Positions 28,099-43,002 of a stretch of DNA of 64,000 nucleotides are shown here, in pieces. Location of the stretch: NCBI RefSeq assembly GCF_009914755.1, contig NC_060926.1; one strand, written 5' to 3'. A model generated the notes under the pieces. It worked only from the letters and a program-made list of their open reading frames with translations. It had not been told where the DNA came from and searched no databases. The first letter of the stretch is position 1; each line of letters starts with the position of its first letter. Origin of the DNA: the human T2T-CHM13v2.0 reference genome, Homo sapiens. The position numbers were made by a program, and so were the translations under genes.

Positions 28099-30857
28099 AA
28101 ATCAATATACCCCTTATGCTCCTTTTGGTGATCGACAATGTATTTGAAAATATTAGATGATCAAGAAGGGCTGCAGAAAGCAGGAAACAGAAACAAACAG
28201 CACACCTCTTGGTTTATTTTTATTCATTTCATCAGTTTCAAGGAAAATGTGTTGGGAGTTCCTGGCATAGAGAATGTCACAAAGATATGTTTTCAATAGT
28301 GGTGCTATCCCTAGGGCAGAGAAGATCCAGAGAAAGCACAAGTGGCTGCTGGAACAAAGTCAGACACCGTGCCACCTGTCCACACTCCTTGGTTCTGCCA
28401 TCATGCTGAAGATTGGTTTAAAGGGCTGGCTTCCCTTCCCACAAAATTAAAAGAGCACAGACTGAGAAACTGAATGTGGGAGACAGCAGTGGATTATGCT
28501 GTTCTCAGGGGTCACCTCAGCTTTGGAAGCATTCTTTCAAATTAACCCATCTCAGGCCATCTGCAGAGAAGAAAGGTGATACCTAACTTTTTTTCTTGTC
28601 AGCACTTGGTAGGGGTGTTTTGTTGACCAAATATGTTCCCACAACCTAGTTTCTTGTAACTAACTAAATATAGTAGATTTTTAAATGTTATCATCAAAAT
28701 CTATAGACAATTTTTTATTAAAATAGGCTCCACATCTATGTCCTCCTTTTCTTCTTATTAATTACATTGCTGTATAAAAGAACAAGACTTCAGAATCAAG
28801 AATATCTTGTCTCTTGGCATTGAATTTTTACAAGGTGCTCTTTCTTTAATGCTGTCTCAAAGCACATATTTTTACTCATTAAAAAGGAAGATCAGAATCT
28901 AGTTGTATGCACTGCTCCAACATATTAATAATTAAAATTAGGAGGTAAATGTGGTCAAAGCTATAGAAAGACTTGAGATGTCATTTATATTGATTACTGT
29001 ATAGCACTCTACAAACAGAAATTGTTAAATAATAGTTTATATAAATATTTTGTAGCATTTCAAATATTTGAGTGCCTGAAATTTCTCCTCCAATATAGTT
29101 CAGATTATCAATTTGAAGACTTACTCCGCTGGTTAAAAAGTTTTTAGTCTCGTTTGAGTATTATATAAAAGCAATTTTCAGTTAAATGTGTTCCGCTTAC
29201 ATAAAACATTACAAATTAGTGAGTATTTAATTACATTTTCGTGTTCCTGTAATGCCTTTAGAAGATTTTCATATTATTACCTATCAATATATGTATGCTT
29301 TTTCTAAGAAAAATCAATCATACACATCATTGAAATTGAAACTTTTTTAAAGTACTTATTAATTCTATTGAAAAACCACATCCATAGGAGCAATTACAAT
29401 ATAATATTGTGAACATGTAAATATATATCCTGTCTATTTTATATATAAGCATATGTGATTAAAACTATAGTTCAGAATTTTTAAACCTAGTATTATAAAG
29501 TAAAAATTAGTTAAACTTCTGATGATTATTTGTTAATTAAGATAAAATTATTTTGATTTGGGTGATTTTAAATGAACAAAAATATTAAATTACATGACAA
29601 AAATTCTTTATAAAATGTTTACGATTTTTACATTGGTTTTATCACTTTATTCCACTATTTTATTTTAAGATGACCTGCCTTGTTTAAAACACTGTATTCA
29701 TCTTAATTAAATTAAATTCCATTTGTAAAAAAATTAACAAATGATTTGCTCTATTATACAGTGAGGTTATAAACTGAGTCAGTATCTCAAGATTTGATCC
29801 CCATTATCGTCATCCGTGGCCCTATTTGTTTGATAAATGTAGTGTCTTTTTCCATGCCTGTCACATCTCTATTGCTCATTTATTTTTCTCCTTGTCCCTT
29901 ATAGGGAGCATTGCCTATCTCTAGATTAAGCAAAAGTTGCATCTTAAAAAAGCACAATAACCTGCTCAATCTTTCTCACACAGAGAAATGTTTGTTAAGT
30001 AATTAAATTGTAGATGATGATACAAAGAGCTTGATTAAATAAGATGCCAAAGTACCCTTGTGATTCAGAATAGGAATGGTATTTAATGCCTTTGAAATCA
30101 ATAATTGCTGAGTGACATTAATTAATGCCAATATTTCAGAAGTTGTTCTGGTTTGTGAAATGTGTACAACATGTAAAAGTTTCCGAACTCTGAAGGGCAA
30201 CATTATTCTATCATTAAGAATTAAGAATTAATTCACATTAATTATTGGGGAGAAATAATTTTAAGAATTAATGACTGAGAAAACGTTTTTTTTATTTAGA
30301 AAATTATTTTGTGCATGAGCATTACTGCAAGTTTTGCAAGAAACATAAAATTATAGAAACAATTATGTGCACAAGATGAATTTAATAACATCTTGATATT
30401 TCCCACTATTACAGTTGTATTTGGTAAATCTTTAAATGCCCATCATCTAAAGATAATAAATGAATCTTGGAAATCTTGAAGGTAAGGGTAAATATAAGGA
30501 TGCATCCAATTACATTTACACACACATAAAATTACATTTACACAAACATACATGCACACACGCTCACTGATACAGGTAAGCATATATATACATGAATTTA
30601 CCAATTGATTTTAGCTAATATTTGTAAGAGCCTGTAGGATTGATATATATTGTTGAACCTGAAAAATATTTATTATATACATGGTTAAAATACACAAAGA
30701 AATAAATAGTAATTGCACTAGGCATTTGAAACTGTACTTAAATATAAGCTGTGAACATTTTGTGATCATTACAAATTCTTACACTGAATATTTTTATTTT
30801 TATAATAATATGTTTGATACATGTGTACATTTTTTAAAATGTATTATTTTTGTCATA

Positions 30858-31199
30858 GAGTCATGTCATGTATAATAACATTTCAGTCAAAGATGGATTA
30901 CATATACAAAAGTGGTCCCATGAGATTATAATACATATTTTTACATTCTTTTCTATGTTTAAGTATGTTTAGATACATAAACTCTTACCACTGTGTTCTT
31001 ATTGCCTGCAGTATTCAGTATAGTAATGTAGTACACAGGTTTGTAGCCTAGGGGAGAGAGGCTATACCATATAACCTAAACGTGGTAGGCTGTACAAACT
31101 AGGTGTTTGTAATATTCTCTCTGACGTTGGCAAAATGATGAAATTGCCTATGGATGCATCTGTTAGAACGTATCCCTGTCATTCAGTGATGCGTGACTG
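30858..31199. mobile_element. Tigger3a (MER7A) non-autonomous DNA transposon
   Basis: Termini gagtcatg...gcgtgactg; internal gtggtcccatgagattataatac, caggtttgtagcctagg and agaacgtatccctgtc match the recalled consensus; TA precedes the element. Confidence 0.88.
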
Positions 31200-31729
31200 T
31201 GCTAAAATGCTAAATCTAAGTTTCAATGACCTCCATAAAATTGTTGTACTTTGAAATACAAATCTCTCACCTATGGCCTGAATATCTTTGCAAAGTAAGC
31301 AGATCATGGGAAGGAGAATGTGCTGGCATCGCTGGGATGATTTTCTCACACTACATGAATAATATCTCCAGACTTTGAGAATATGAGCCACTTGCATAGA
31401 GTTAAAGTAAGCATCTCTTTGCTGGGAAATTTATCAAATGGGAGTATGAAGTCTTTTTAAAAGATACTTGTCTGTTTGTAGATGGTAGGCCTACAGTGGC
31501 TCATGGCAATGGTTGAGGTTGCTAAGATCTGGTGGAAGGAGGCAAAATGAAATGGCCACTTATATGGTATATGGATCACTTGTTTCTGTTGAGTTACAGA
31601 TTCAGCTGGCTATTTCTCCCAATGTTAGTTATTTGGAGAAAAAACCATGATGGTAATTGTGGGGTAACAAATACAATATTTGATGAAAACAAATTTATTG
31701 AGGGTTAGACAAACTACAAGATAATTTAG

Positions 31730-32105
31730 GCTGCAAAGTCAACACGAGACTTCTGCCCCAAATTGTGCAGAGTTTGGGTCCAGCTGCAAAGTTCAAAGGA
31801 AGAGGCCATATAAGATGATTCGCACTTTTGTCACCAATTGCCAGTTCAGGGGTTTCCCAAGAACACCCTCAGTTTCAAGAATTTACTAAAAAGACTCACA
31901 AAAGTCATTGAATGCCATTGTACTCATGGTTTATAATAGAGAAAGGGTAGAAATTAGGACCAATCAAAGGAAGAGACATATCACATAAGGTGGAATCTAG
32001 GAGGATTTTGAATGTTAAATTTCCATTGTCTTCAGGACATATTACCTGTCATTGTTGTACAGCAATAAACATGGAGTACTACCAACCTGGGGAGCTCACC
32101 TGATG
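31730..32105. mobile_element. MER21/MER77-family LTR fragment
   Basis: ccagctgcaaagttc, ggggtttccc, gactcacaaaagtca, ccaatcaaaggaagagacata, ggagtactaccaacctggggagctcacc. Confidence 0.65.
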
Positions 32106-32109
32106 CTAA

Positions 32110-34676
32110 AAAGACACTATTTCGAAAATGAAAAGACAAAGGAAAGGATGAGATAAGATAACCTTCCACATTAAGGCACTGGAAAGAATAGCAAACTAAA
32201 CCTAAAGCAAGCAGAAGGAAGAAAATAAAAATTAGAGAAATTAATAATTTATAATATTAATCATATTTGTTAGTATTGACTAATTAATATTAATTCTTGA
32301 CTGACTTTTTTAAAAAAGAGAAATATTCACTTCCCAATTTATTCTATGGGGCCAGTGTTACCTTGATACAAAAATTAGTCCAAATAGCATAGAAAAATAA
32401 AACTACTATAAGTATAAATGCAAAATTCCTTAAAAACTACTAACAAATCAGATCTAGCAACATATACAAGAATTATACACTATGACAAAGTGAAATTTAT
32501 ACTAGTAATCTCAGGTTGGTTTAACAGCCCAAAATCCATTAAGGTAATACATCTTATCCATAGAATAAGAAACAAGAATTGCATGATCATGTCGATAGAT
32601 TCAGAAAAGACATTTAACAAAATCCAAATGCTTTAATGATTAAAAATAAAAATAAAAACTCAATGAACCAGGAATAGAGAACTTTCAACACCAGATACAT
32701 GGCACCTGTGAAAAGCCAACAGCAAGAATGCAACTTAATGGTAAAGGATGCTTTCCCGCTATGGTCAGAGATAGGAATAGGATATATACTTTGAGCTCTT
32801 CTAGTCAACACTGTACTAAAGATTTTATGCAGGGCAAGTCGGCAACTAAAAAAAAAGAGTCAACCATATTGAACAGGAAGAAATAAAACTTTATTTGAAA
32901 ATAATATTCTTGTATATAGAAAATTTTAAGGAATTCACTGAACAATAGAACTAGTAAATTATTTCAGCAATATTACAGCATACAAGATAAATCTACAAAA
33001 ATCAATTGCACACATCTACAATGAAAACCCAAAAATGAAATTAAGAAAACACTTCAATTTAAAATAGCACCAAAAAAAGAAATAATAATTAATTTGGAAA
33101 ATGTGATACAAGATTTTACTCGGAAAATTAAAAATTATTGTTTAAAGAAGATCTAAATAATTAGCAAATATCTTACAGCCATGAATTGGAAGATTTAATA
33201 TTGTAGTACTTTCAAGTTGAACTACAGATTTGACGTAATCCCTGCAAGTATCCCAACAGACTTCTGTCTAGAAACTGACAAGCTGATTCTAAAATACACA
33301 TGGGAATGTAAGGGACCCAAAATAGACAAAATAGTCTTGAAAAAAGAAAACATATTAGGATAATTCACACCCCCGTGCTCCAAACCTTACGGCAAGGCAT
33401 CAGTAATCAAGACAACACAATACTGATGAAAGAAAAATATATAGATTGATGGAAGAGAATTGAGAGTCCATATATAAAACTATGTGTCTATAGTCAATGG
33501 ATTCTTACAGTGGTGCCATGTGCAATTCAATGAGGAAGGGACAGTCTTTGAACAAACTGGGTCAACAGCGTACACGTGGATCGCCACTTGCAAAATAATA
33601 AACTGGAACCCTTACCCCAAAGCATACAAAAATATTAACTCAAATGAATTAAAGACATACATGCAAGAGCTAGAATAAAGCATATGGGAAAATCTTCAGG
33701 ATTTTGGATCTAGCAAAGAAATAGCTGTAACACCAAAAACATGAGCAACAAAATAAAAATTAGATATTTAAAATTTCTTAAAAATTAAAGACATTGGTGT
33801 TTCAAAGGACAACCAAGCAAGTCAAAAGGCAGCTCAAAAATTGTGAGAAAATATTTGAAAAACACATATCTATATGTCTGCATATATATGTATCTTGAAT
33901 ATAGAAAAATTGTTTTAACTCAGTAACAAATATCCCAACTCAAAACTGATAAACGATAGGAATAGATGTGTTTTCCAAGAAGATACACGAACGGTCAATA
34001 ATCCCATAAAAAGATACTCAACAGCATCACTCATCAGGCAACTACAAATCAAAACCACAGTTAGATACGCTATGGCTAGAACTGGCCACTTTGGAAAATA
34101 GGTTGATGGCTTCTAAATATATTAAACATAGAATTGTCATATGACCCAGAAATTTATTCCCAGGTATACACCTAGATTATTGGAAAGAGGTGTTCAAACA
34201 CAAATTGTACACAAGTATTTTTAGCAGCAGTATTTAAAATAGCCAAAGGCTGAACACAACTCAAATGTCAATAAAAATATTATTGGATAAACAAAATGTC
34301 ATATCCATGAAATTGAATGTTATACAGGTATAAAAACAAATAAAGTACCGATACGCATATGAACCTTGATAGCATTATGCCAACTGAAAGAAGCCAGGCA
34401 CAAAAGGCCACCTATTGTATGATTCTATTTAGATGAAAATAGAATAGGAAAATCTACAGAGACAGAAAACAGATTTGTGGTTGCTTAGGATTGAGTAGGG
34501 GATGAGTGCATAGGAGGTTAACAGCTAGAGAAAGTGGGGTTTCTTTTTGAAGTGATGAAAATGCTCTAAAATTCATTGTGATGATGGCTCCACTTATCTG
34601 CGTATATACTAAAAGCCATTGACTTGTAGACATTAATATGTGCACTCTACACTATGTAAATTATATCTCAATAAAT
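32110..34676 (+). mobile_element. Old 5'-truncated L1 (L1MB/ME-like): degenerate ORF2 plus 3' UTR
   Basis: ORF 32418..32636 (IIHYDKVKFILVISGWFN..KSIKVIHLIHR..NKNCMIMSIDSEKTFNKIQ) is L1 reverse transcriptase; 3' UTR ends ttatatctcaataaa at 34675. Confidence 0.88.
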
Positions 34677-34719
34677 CCTTTCAAAAATACACAGAAGACT
34701 AAGGGGTTTTGGAATGTTT

Positions 34720-35035
34720 CAGCTGGGAGGCAGTTTGAAATACTGAATAGGTCTCATCGAGAATGTGAGGTTTCAGTAAAGATTTGAGGAGTCGAATGAG
34801 CTGATCAATGGATATATGGGGGGATTTCTTTCAAAGCCAAGAAATTAACTAGAGTCTTGGTCATAAGACAGCAGCATGTTGGCATGTCCAGAGGACAGTG
34901 AGGTGGACAGGACCACTGGTAAGGTCAAGGGTGAAGACATAAAAGAATTTTGGCGGTTAACATGCGGCAGATCATGATGGGCTTGCAGACCATTGTACGA
35001 ATTGTGTCTTTTAGTGTAAATGAAATGGGGAGACA
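34720..35035 (-). mobile_element. L2 fragment
   Basis: gcagatcatgatgggcttgcagaccattgtacgaattgtgtcttttagtgtaaatgaaatgggga resembles the L2 antisense consensus. Confidence 0.65.
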
Positions 35036-36369
35036 AATCATTACCACACTATCAATATTTTAATAAATTGGATCCATGAACCAAATACAATGAGATTAAA
35101 TCAATTAGTAATAATATGCACATTTGTATTAAAATTACAAGAATTACTTGCACATTTGAGAACAGGAGAGTCATGATTTTTTATCAGCAATAATAAGCTA
35201 TTAATTTTAATTGTGATCAGCTAATTGAGATTAATTGCAATACATCATGCTTTATAATGTGACTGTCAAAAGGAAAGTATGATTGTAATCTTATACTACA
35301 TCTATCAATGTCTTTGATTCAGAGGACTATAGAATAAGCCCCTAGTTTTCAAAGCCAACTGATGAGGCAGTGACATCTTATGCAAGTTTGCTGCTTTCTG
35401 CCACAGTGGTCCTTGGTCAGCTGGCACAAATTGTTTTACAAACACCACTAGGTCTAAAAAAAGTTTGGATCACAATGAACACAGAAATACCTTCATTCCT
35501 TCAGAAATACCTATCAATTACTTCCAATACAGAATGAAAAATTGACAACGGAAGTATGTCGATTGTAAAAATGCCACATAGCTTGCATCTACATGAAAGA
35601 AAAATGCCATTTTTATTACAATACATCATCGTTTTACATGAGTTTTGGTATAGCACAATGTTGAACCAAGGGCAAAGAAAGATGAATTAATGAAATCTTA
35701 AGACATCAAGAATTTGAAAGAAAAGGAAGGTCATCTTTGAAGGTTAGTGACATAGCATTCATCTTCTGTTGTCACCTTTTCCGTCATTCCCTGTATGCCT
35801 GATGGACAGCTTTCACTCAAGTTCAGAGAACAGCATGCAAAGATTAGCTACCAATTAATTTTTATGAAGTGAGCTTAATTTCTAGCCAGACCGAGCTTAT
35901 GTTTTAGCAGGAAGCATTTTTGGGAAATGTTTATGTTAGAGTTTGCCCTTCTTGACAAGGTGAGGCATAAATGTCTACTTTATAGACATGAATTAAGATG
36001 GGAAGATATTTGGGGGAAAAATTTTCTCAAATGCTAAATAACAAAGGTACACAAAGGGGAAATTATACTAGATTTATTTCCCACTTGTTTTCTATGTCTC
36101 ATCCAATTCACCTTGATTCCCTTCAGTTTCTGTTTAATGTAGAAAGTGGCATTTTCATTATTTTAAGCTTCTAGCGCAATGAAAGAATTTCTCTTTTTCT
36201 TGAACAGGATCGTAAATGAAAGGGAGGAAGAGTGTCCAATATCATATTTATTGTTCAACAAAACACTGCTCCACGGCTTAAATTCAGTTTAAAAAAGAGA
36301 ATTTATTGAACATCTAACACATACATAAAAGGCAGTAAAGACAAATGAGAAGAGGGCAGGATATTGAAG

Positions 36370-36560
36370 TATACAGACTTAAATGCTGAGTTTTGTATCT
36401 TAGTAAGTTACTGCACCTTACAGAGACTCAATTTTCACTGATTTAGGAAGGCGATGTTAATGGGTATTTCATAGGTGTAAGTATAAAAATGTTGTATTTA
36501 AGAGAATCCCACAAGCTTGGTATAAGGCAGAAAATAAATAGATGTGACATTAATGAGTAG
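36370..36560 (+). mobile_element. MIR-like fragment
   Basis: gtatcttagtaagttactgcaccttacagagactcaattttc resembles the MIR core. Confidence 0.45.
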
Positions 36561-36740
36561 TTTCTTACATTTGTATGCTACCTGCAGACTAGAGGAAGCA
36601 AGAAACACAGCCACTATGCTTGATTAGCATTATATTCTAATTTGGAATATAAATAGAAAAGAGAAAAATAGAAAGCTATGCATAAACACATGCATTAAAA
36701 TGAATTTTATGTGGACTCTTTCAGGAAAATGTTCCTAAGG

Positions 36741-37400
36741 TATTTTATTTTTTTATTGTGGTAAAATACACATAACATAAAATGTACTCTGTTAACCATT
36801 TTAAATGTACAGTTCAGTGGTACTAAATATAGTCATAACATTGTGCAGCCGTCCCTACCATCCATCTCCATAACTCGTTTCATCTTGTGAAACTGAAACT
36901 CTATACCCATTAAACAGTACTTTCCCATGTCTTCCTCCCCCCAGCTTCTGGCATTCATCATTGTACTATCTCTATGATTCTGTCCAGTTTAAGTCTCTTA
37001 TACAAATGGAATTGTACTGTATTTGTCCTTCACTGACTAACTTATTTCACTTGGCATAATATCCTCAAGTTTCATCCAAGATGCAACATATGTCTGAATA
37101 TTTCCCTCATGTTTAAGGCTGAATGATTTTCCATTGTATGTATATATCATGTTTTGCATATCCATTCGTCTGTTGTTGGACACTTCAATTGCTTCTACGT
37201 TTTAGCTATTGCCAATAATGCTGCTGCAAACATGGATGTGCAAATATTTTTTCAAGACTCTGCTTTCAATTCTTTTGCTGTCTTGAGATGTGGGGCTGCT
37301 GAATCGTAAGGCAATACCATTTTGATGTTTTGAGGAACTACCATACTCTTTTCCACAGCAAACATAGGGTTTGGCATTCCCTCCAATATTGCAAAACGAA
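36741..37400 (-). mobile_element. L1MB-type 3' end, antisense
   Basis: ttttattgtggtaaaatacacataacataaaat...tgtacagttcagtgg...gaaactgaaactctatacccattaaac; the reverse ORF 37202..37432 resembles the L1 ORF2 C-terminus. Confidence 0.85.
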
Positions 37401-39574
37401 TCGCCACGTCCTTGCCTGTGGATTTTATTCACAAGTCCTGTGGCTCTCTCTACATAACGGCCACCATGTGTTATTTCCTGTTTATATATATGAAATCAAA
37501 GGTGCAGGAAATAATGAACTAAATTGGAAGGATAAACATGTAGAAAAATAGAGGTAAATACTGACTACATAAAACCATAAGAATAAGAATTTTGGATGAT
37601 CTATATATTATATATCTATTTATCTAACATCTGTCTGTTCCTCCATCTGTAATTAAAATATATTACAGTTAGAGAACAGAGAAAAAAGTAGGAATACATG
37701 AATTTAAATTTTAATTCTTCTTAGATTGTCTCACAGCATCATTATATGACAGAAAATTTATAGGTCAGTGTCTGTTAACTATAAATGTAACATTCTTAAA
37801 GAATTCAAATACATTGAATTACAGCATGAATAAAATATTACAATCCATTCAAGTTTATTTTATTCCAGGAACACAAAAATACAAATTTCATTTGCAATTC
37901 AAGAAAAACAGAAATCGATACATATGATTGATGTATATACACATTTAATGTATTTTTAAATATACATTTTTAAAAAATAGAAATTTAACTAGGACAACTA
38001 CTTAAAATATCACTGAAAATAGTGTTAGTAGATAATACCTTCCTAATAACTCTGGTATTACATAAGAAAACAAAATTAAAATTTCAGATAAGCTTAGAAA
38101 CTAAAAATTTTAAAAATATTATTCTGTTCTCCATATGTTCATATTTAATATTATTTCTTGTTTTCATTCTTCTTCAGTGTTCCTCTACTAAAATATAACA
38201 TACAACAGTTACTTTTGATTTCTGTTCTTATTACTCAAAATTGTATACATTTTCTCATGCTCTTAATTTAGCCATGCTACTTTTCTGTACTCCTGGAATT
38301 TTCACATTTTTGTTCACTCTCTTTTGAGTTCCCATAGTATCAAATAAGCTTTTTTCCCTCTTTTCTGATTTGAAGGTTCATCTCATAATTATTTTGTCCA
38401 CTCAATTTCTTTTCATTCTCAGTTAAGGGCCTCTCATCTGGCTTCTTTTCATTTGTAAGGTTTCCTTTCATCTTAAGCCAGTCTTTTATTTATATTTTGA
38501 TTTTGTTTTGTGGAGGACATGCTTTCCTGAATTTTAAGGAAGAGGCTAAAAGGTTCGTTCAAGTTTTTACCTGATACATTGGATTAAATTATCTAATGGA
38601 CACACCCTTAATTTAAGTCTAGGGGCGACTGTCTACTCTTGATTTTGTATAGTATTATTTTTCTTAACATCCAAGTCCATCTTCATCTATTTGTATATGA
38701 TCAATAAAAATATATTTGTCCAGAACCCTGCTTTGGTGGAGTTACTTCTTTCTAAGTAGGAGAGGTAGCAGTTGAGACATGAGCTGGGTTCTGGGTCAGT
38801 TTAGAGGGCTGGGCGACATTCCTCCTTTTGGTCTGTATGACTGAATGAATGCGGTTCTTGCTGTCTCGCTCCTCTCCTTAACACATTGAGCCATTGCAGC
38901 AGATGAGAAGGAATAATCCTGATCTGCCATTGAGGTGGAACACATGTTCTCTCCAACCACATCCATAGGTTGTACTCACACTCGGCCAGAATGTATCCTG
39001 TCAATGATATGGAGATGTATCTAGCTATCTAGTTAGATATCTACTTTGGTTTATGCTCTCTGGTTGCCCGTAAATTATCTCCTTAAAGTGAATATCAAAA
39101 GAGAGCTTGGTGATGGCAGTGTTATAAAATCCTCAAAATGCAGCACCCTCACCCAGAGGAATTTGTAGATTCTGGGATTCTAATTCAGATACCAAACTAT
39201 ATAAAAGGGGCATTGGTCATTGAGGGTTGCTAGGCTCTTTGTGGAGCATATTTGCTCTTTTCATGACTTTGAAATTATTTTAAAAATCTAACCTTTTTCT
39301 CAGTGTGCTGCAAGATGATTTGATTTTAATGCACGAGCACTGATTCTCCCCTAAGATTTGTACAATATATTTACTCTGACAAGCCATAGCCAGCAACTCA
39401 CTTCACAGCAATTTATAGCATTTCCACGACAAGTTGAATTATTTTTAACTAGACTCTCTTTGCCTTAATCAAAATATGAAGAAGCAATATATTGTTCTAG
39501 TTAGGTTCAAAAGTTGGCAGTCTCTCTCCTGGAAAGAATAATAAAACTTTTCAGTGGCCTAATATGCATCTATA

Positions 39575-39576
<2 letters not shown>

Positions 39577-39620
<44 letters not shown>
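39577..39620. repeat. (CA)22 microsatellite
   Basis: Perfect dinucleotide run. Confidence 0.99.
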
Positions 39621-39622
<2 letters not shown>

Positions 39623-41377
39623 CACTATTCATAATATTTAAAGCACATTCTGTTCTATGACTTCATTTATCTAGCACAAAATAAAACGATCTCAGTATAT
39701 GTCAAGTACCAATTATTTCGTATGGCCAATTATAGGTATTTTATTTTTTAAAGATTCGAGTGTTCTTGAAGCTCTTTCTATTTCTTTGTCAATGAACTAA
39801 ACATTGGCAAATATGTAGGGTTTCCCACATAAGAACATTATTAACATCAAAATAGAAAGCTGGTGGTAGAAATAATGATTAGGAACACAGAGTCTCTACT
39901 CAGCGTTCTACTTCTGCTATACCATAAGTTTGTGATCTCACGAAATATCTCTCCATGTTGTCATCCCTATGTATAGTTCTGTCATTTTTCAATAAGAGCT
40001 TTTTGCTTAATTATGAAGTACTAGTTACTATAACCATTATTTTGAGCTTCATGTAAATCAAGAACACATGGACTCCACTTGCAAAACATTGAAAATGTAG
40101 TTAGGGATTGGGGCCTAAAGCAACATTTTAAAATGTGTAAAGACAATGAGTAAGCAACAAAGTGTCCAATTTTTTAGGGCAAATTTGCATACGTCAGGAA
40201 AAGGCAGGATTAAGTAACAGAGAATTTGAATGATAACTGGCCAATTGGTGTCGTTTACAATTGCAAGTCATACAAATGAAGTTTGCTTTTTTAAAGAGAA
40301 AAGGAGTTAGTTAGAATGGGTCAACCTATTGGGGAAGCAATGTAGTTAGAGACAATGCCCAAAACCATGTGAGCAAATGCTCTGTAGAGCGCACCCCTGC
40401 AATGCTGCCATTGTGAGGCCAAGTCTCTCCTTGTCTTGGTACTGAGCCCTCCATTCTGCCTCCATCATTGCCACTGTAGCTGCCACAAAGTGAACCCTCA
40501 ACCACCGCTGCCCAGGAACAAAGAAAGAATTATGTCCTTCCGCGCTCTCAGATCAATTTCCAACATCAGGTGAGCCTTTGATGGGCACTATTCAGTTCCC
40601 ATATCCCTGAAATAGATGCAGTAAAAACATAGAAATTGCCTATGTGTTTCCCAATAAGACACATATGGAAGCCTGTTTTCCCACAACAGGAAGGGTTTTC
40701 CATGATGGGTGTTCAAAGGAACAATATTCCCTGCAAACCATACTTTGCCCATGTGAAGAAAAGCAATGAGGATTATTTAGTAAATAGACATAGAAACTCA
40801 TCCAGGGTTGGCTGATGAGAATCTGGTTAGCAAGGGGGTCTGCCTTCAGTTAGGACAAGGTCTGTGCTCCCCACAGGTTCTCTCCACAGCATGAGGGATG
40901 CAAACTTCCCTTTCCTCCCCTGCACCTACCCTCAAATGGCCCAGAGGTCTTCAGGTGCTAGAATTTCTCAATTAATGCTGCACAAAATAACAGACAGCCT
41001 TGGCTGTCACAGTCTGTTCTCATGAAGCTAGTCTCTGCTCACTACATAAAACAGGAGAGTAAGAACAAGGGTGTTTAACGCTACCCTAGCTCAAACAAGT
41101 TTCTCTCTGTAGGATGCCAAGAACCTGGGAACCAGTGCATCTGCTGCTTTCCCTTCTCGGATTCTAGCCCAGACAAAAGAGGCAAGGGTCATTTCTTCAG
41201 AGGCCTTGAGCTTCACTACACAATGCTCCAGGCTCTACATGCACCCTCTTTATATATTTCTACCTTGAAAAAAATTTTTATATAATATTAATAGTATATA
41301 TTTCTATATAAGAAACACATATGTTTATTTTATAGACAGATATACATAGATAAAGATCTCTAGTCACCCTTTTTTAA

Positions 41378-41675
41378 GGCTGGGCTGATCGCGGTGCCTC
41401 AAATCTATAATCCCAGCACTTTGGGAGGCCAAGGTGGCCAGATCTCTTGAGTCCAGGAGTTGGAGATCAGCCAGGGCAACATGGTGAAACCCCATCTTTA
41501 CAAAAATTAGCTAGTATGGTGTCATGCACTTGCAGTCCCTGCTACTCAGGAGACTGAGGTGGGAGAATCGCTTGAGCACAGTATGTGAAGGCTTCAGTGA
41601 GCTCTGATCACATGAATGCACCCCATCTTGGGTGACAAAGTGAAACCCTCTCTGAAAAATAAAATAAAATAAAAA
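41378..41675 (+). mobile_element. Alu (AluJ-like)
   Basis: Dimeric Alu: taatcccagcactttgggaggcc ... ttgagtccaggagtt ... gggtgacaaagtgaaaccctctctg plus (AAAAT)n tail. Confidence 0.93.
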
Positions 41676-41742
41676 GGCTACCACCATACTCACAGATAAG
41701 TGTGTCAGGTATATTTGCAGCTATCCTTCCTATATTCTATTT

Positions 41743-41745
<3 letters not shown>

Positions 41746-41779
<34 letters not shown>
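41746..41779 (+). repeat. A34 homopolymer
   Basis: 34 consecutive A. Confidence 0.98.
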
Positions 41780-41781
<2 letters not shown>

Positions 41782-42727
41782 CAAAGAACTCTTCTCATTC
41801 TAGATTTTTGTATTACTTAGACATTTGAAGTTTATAGCAGAAGAGCTATAATCATGTTTGGTATGTGTACTCTATAGACCAGATAGTGCAAACAGATATC
41901 AATGCTTTTTAAAAGTATATAAGGTTATTAGAAATATTTTAAACTACCTATAGGTGTATATGTATCTAATTGAACTATCAAATGCAAGTAAGATCATTTC
42001 CTTAGCGTGTTAAATCCACTCAATTTATTAAAATATTTTCTAATGTCTATTACAATAATGTTTCTTAATTAGCTAACATAAGAGGAGTTTTAAGACATTT
42101 ATTTATATGTACTTACTAGATTCAAACTCGATTCCACTATTTTCAGAAATCATGCTCTGAGACAAGTCCTTTTTTTATCTAACTATGTTTCTGCCTATAT
42201 TAAAAGACAGATATGTCCATTTTGCTAATCATGCTGTTCCAAACCTCTCCATCCTATTTTTCGGTTTGTTCTAGCAGTCATTCAGAGACTTACTTATATT
42301 CAAATTTCTCTCTAGGTTTAACATTTGTGTATGTCTTCTTGTGGTTTTGTCTATTTTTGCTGTATATAAGACATTTATTGACATATATCATACATGCAGA
42401 AAAGTACAATGATTAAATATGGATAGCTTCATTAATGAAACACATGTATTTGCTTATAACCATGTATGAAAATAGAACATTACTAAAAATAGTGATACTT
42501 CTCCTGCCCCTTTCCAAACACTAACCCTCATCCTCAATAGCAACAGATTTTTTTTTATCATAATTTGGTCTATTTTCAAATTTTTATTAAATAAATCAGA
42601 GTATCTACTCTAAGTCTATGTTTCTCTCATTGTTGCTATTTTGCTTATAGTATTTATCTGCTAATGGACATGGTAGATTAAAGACGGCTACATACACATT
42701 TTTTAATTAATAGATTTTTTGAGCACT

Positions 42728-42856
42728 TTGTGGCTCATGCCTCTAATCCCATCACTTTGGGAGGCTGAGGTGCGTGGATCATGAGGTCAGGAGATCCAGA
42801 CAATCCTGGCCAATGTGGTAAAACCCCTTCTCTACTAAACTACAAAAAATTAGCTG
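42728..42856 (+). mobile_element. Alu left monomer (AluS/Y type), cut just after the A-rich linker
   Basis: gtggctcatgcctctaatcccatcactttgggaggctgagg...ggatcatgaggtcaggagatc...ctctactaaactacaaaaaattagctg, then non-Alu sequence. Confidence 0.9.
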
Positions 42857-43002
42857 ATAGATAACATCAAGATAACATCTGGGTTCTTAGCTGCACTGAG
42901 TCAAGCCAACTTACATCTTTGTTTGTCTTCCTCTGCACTTTTCCTTCCACATCACACTCCAGGAATGCCAAGCTGTGCTGGCCTTCTACCCCATTTCCAC
43001 TA

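Noticed and set aside
40160-41230. Possible MLT1/LTR remnants
   Set aside because: Similarity too weak to name by eye; needs RepeatMasker.
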